Source: Candidatus Kuenenia stuttgartensis (GTDB taxonomy: Bacteria; Planctomycetota; Brocadiia; Brocadiales; Brocadiaceae). Taken from it: DNA of 32,000 nt. Each line of letters opens with the position of its first letter. The stretch's first letter is position 1. Under the pieces are notes generated by a model, which was not told where the DNA came from, searched no databases, and saw nothing but the letters and a program-made list of their open reading frames with translations. The position numbers and the translations under genes were made by a program. The stretch covers positions 2,520,001-2,552,000 of the forward strand of contig NZ_LT934425.1 of the NCBI RefSeq assembly GCF_900232105.1, read 5' to 3'. Below, piece by piece: positions 29,697 through 32,000 of this stretch.

Positions 29697-30957
29697 CCTT
29701 AATCCTTTCTATTTTATCCTGCATGATCTGCAATGCCTCCTGAATTTCCATTTGACGGGATAATACCTTGCTGAGATATTTCTGCAAGACGTCGCTAATC
29801 CATTGATAATACGGGACATTTGGCCGCATTTGTATATTTTCAAGCGACTGTTCTACTATTGGGAGGAAGGGCAATTTTTCAATCAACTCCGCATCTTTAT
29901 ACAAGGAACTTCTCGTGGGCGCCCACGATACATTTTCTGCCAGTCTTTTCTGAACTTTGGCGGAGGTTAAAAATTCAATTAATTTCCATGCCTGTGCTTT
30001 TTTCCCGGAGTTTGCATTTATTGCCAGATGCCATCCTCCACATACGGAAGCAAACGATCCATCGGGAAACTTTGGTAACAGGGCAACACCTACTTTGTCT
30101 TTCAGTGTTATGTCTTCCTGGCATAAATCCCACACATATGTCCAATTCCGCAAAAAAAGTCCCTTACCCTGTTGGAACAAATGCCTTGAAGATTCCTCCA
30201 TTAGCTCGCTATAAGTATTTTGTGGAGAGATTTTATATTTCCAGATTAAATCATGCATAAGCTGGAGGGCTGTTTTGTTTTGTGCAGAATCTATCACAGT
30301 ATTTCCGGTATCATCAATTATTTGACCATTGTTACTGCCAATAAATTCTATAAAATTGCAAACCAAACCCTCATACTGCTTGCCCTGCCATAAATATCCG
30401 TAAACATCCTCCTTTCCTGAAATCTTTTCACATACTGCCACAAACTGATCCCAGTCAACAGGCAGAGGAAGATGATATTTTTCCAGTAAATCTTTCCTAT
30501 AATAGAGAAGTCCTATATTAATATTCCAGGGAATTGCATAAAGGGTATTATTGTAAACATTCGTTTTTTCCGTTACAGGAATGAACGCACCTCGTTCTTT
30601 GCTGTTAATATAGGCATTCAGAGGCTCAATCCAATGTGCTGATGCGAACTCAGGGATCCAAATGGTATCGATTCGCATAACATCTACATACTTGGTTCCG
30701 GCGTCTAAAGTGGAGAGATAATAGTGGTGTTGTTGATCTGAGGGGGAGGGAAGGGCATTTAATTTTACTTTTATTCCATGATTTTCTTTTTCATACGCAG
30801 CAATTATTTCTCTGATAAAGGAAATTTCTTTTGTACCTGCGCCAACACTAAAAACAATTTCATCAGTTTTTTCCTGTTTTAAAAATGTATAAACAATCCA
30901 AGTCCCTAACAAAAAATATACTGATAATACGGCAATTAGTCTTATATTGAATTTCAA
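29677..30957 (-). CDS. ABC-type sugar solute-binding protein (family 1)
   Basis: FIREIIAAYEKENHGIKVKLNALPS, DVMRIDTIWIPEFASAHWIEPL, YAIPWNINIGLLYYRKDLLEKY; N-terminal TM segment. Confidence 0.88.
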   Translation of the reverse strand: MKFNIRLIAVLSVYFLLGTWIVYTFLKQEKTDEIVFSVGAGTKEISFIREIIAAYEKENHGIKVKLNALPSPSDQQHHYYLSTLDAGTKYVDVMRIDTIWIPEFASAHWIEPLNAYINSKERGAFIPVTEKTNVYNNTLYAIPWNINIGLLYYRKDLLEKYHLPLPVDWDQFVAVCEKISGKEDVYGYLWQGKQYEGLVCNFIEFIGSNNGQIIDDTGNTVIDSAQNKTALQLMHDLIWKYKISPQNTYSELMEESSRHLFQQGKGLFLRNWTYVWDLCQEDITLKDKVGVALLPKFPDGSFASVCGGWHLAINANSGKKAQAWKLIEFLTSAKVQKRLAENVSWAPTRSSLYKDAELIEKLPFLPIVEQSLENIQMRPNVPYYQWISDVLQKYLSKVLSRQMEIQEALQIMQDKIERIKDDFAKE

Positions 30958-31215
30958 CTGAAATCTCTGTGTTTACCTATAGACATAGTAGTTTTATCTT
31001 TGGTCTTCTCTCTTGGTGATACTTGTCCGTTCCAACATTTTGAAAATTTAAACATTTGTTTATTGGAGAAAAGAGGCGTTTTTATCCTTAAATTACCATT
31101 ACAGCGACATTTTTATTTCAGAATTGCAGCAATTTTTTGGAAAGAAACAACCCTGTCAGAGTTAATATCCTGCCGGTTTTCGTGCAGAACGTAAGAATAA
31201 AATGTCACAGAGGTA

Positions 31216-31998
31216 CTACCTACTATGCCCGGCAGGACTAACAACCTCTCTCGCCTCCCGATTCCATGCTTTATGTTTTTTAACTAATTCATCCAATTCT
31301 TTTACGTTTAAAATATTTTGTTGCAGGAAATATTCGCCGAAAGGACGCTGAAGCCTCCGCTGTCTTCCCAGAAGTGCCAAATACTGAAAATGTGTTATAA
31401 AACCGTTCCGGCATGCGTATTCAGCGAATTTTTCACGATGGTTTCTTGTTGTCAAGATGTTTCGTATATCTTCAGTCGTTAAAATATTCCAATCTCTTGC
31501 AAGCTGCCCGATAAGCGGTCTTTGCTTCCTCTGCCAAAAAATAGCGGATAGCAATGTCCTCCACGAAATAGCGCCTGAATAATACATATATTGACCAATC
31601 AGTAGTTTCCGCTTTGGAATGCTGCCTTTGTAAAAAAATTCTGTAACATTGTTTTGCTTTTTAGAATGTGCCGTATGCCTTACGGTCTTTTGTACATCCT
31701 CCCTTTGTTTTGTTGTTTTGTTTCCGGCGATAAGCACGTTCGCACTTTGGCTCTTTATGAAAAGATTTAGTCTTTCATACGCCAGAACTATCTCTTTAAA
31801 ATGCTGTATCATATCGGATTCTAACCTTCCCAGCATTTTAGCCCTGTCCGGGTGGGTTTCCAGCACCTTCTTCCTGTAAACCATCCTGAGTTCGGAAGGC
31901 AACATGTTTTGCAAGAAACTGGTGATATTTACAATGTCAGGGCCAAATAACAAACGGCAATCATTGAGAAGTTTTGTTCCGGATATAATATCTGGCAT
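31216..31998 (-). CDS. J-domain (DnaJ-like) protein, C-terminal repeats unassigned
   Basis: LPSELRMVYRKKVLETHPDRAKMLG...FKEIVLAYERLNLF (HPD motif with J-domain flanks). Upstream extent cannot be judged because the window ends 2 nt beyond the start. Confidence 0.65.
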   Translation of the reverse strand: MPDIISGTKLLNDCRLLFGPDIVNITSFLQNMLPSELRMVYRKKVLETHPDRAKMLGRLESDMIQHFKEIVLAYERLNLFIKSQSANVLIAGNKTTKQREDVQKTVRHTAHSKKQNNVTEFFYKGSIPKRKLLIGQYMYYSGAISWRTLLSAIFWQRKQRPLIGQLARDWNILTTEDIRNILTTRNHREKFAEYACRNGFITHFQYLALLGRQRRLQRPFGEYFLQQNILNVKELDELVKKHKAWNREAREVVSPAGHSR

Positions 31999-32000
31999 TA

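Overview
The window looks like chromosomal DNA from an anammox-type planctomycete (Brocadiales-like). This is inferred from a hydroxylamine-oxidoreductase-like octaheme cytochrome c next to ordinary planctomycete-like housekeeping genes. Four zones can be supported. (1) 1-5014 is a gene graveyard: a frameshifted group II intron RT/maturase with a recognisable domain V, two decayed toxin-antitoxin-like pairs (small ORF/PIN and DUF433/DUF5615), a GxxExxY remnant, coiled-coil/TM DUF1640-like remnants, a decayed Uma2-like gene and several inverted repeats. (2) 5660-10458 holds six tRNAs (Arg-TCT, His-GTG, Arg-TCG, Lys-CTT, Leu-TAG, Gly-GCC), tig, clpP, a ComEA-like HhH protein, and then a ~1.2 kb non-coding interval built of nested inverted and direct repeats. 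(3) 10525-20000 holds an SDH/FRD flavoprotein with two membrane anchors but no FeS subunit in view, a MurC-like ligase, SpeH and SpeE, an MGMT, an M50-like membrane protease, tRNA-Ala(CGC) and a methyltransferase. (4) 20700-32000 holds the monocistronic octaheme cytochrome with an unusual CX4CH third haem motif, a TPR lipoprotein, an adenosine/adenine deaminase, and a tightly packed minus-strand cluster. That cluster has a solute-binding protein, one permease, a phosphoglycerate-sugar phosphatase, a GpgS-like GT and a second GT, and resembles a glucosylglycerate-type compatible-solute pathway. I found no CRISPR array, obvious defence system or clearly novel multi-gene system. The best leads are the octaheme cytochrome variant, the solute/transport cluster and the nested repeat block.
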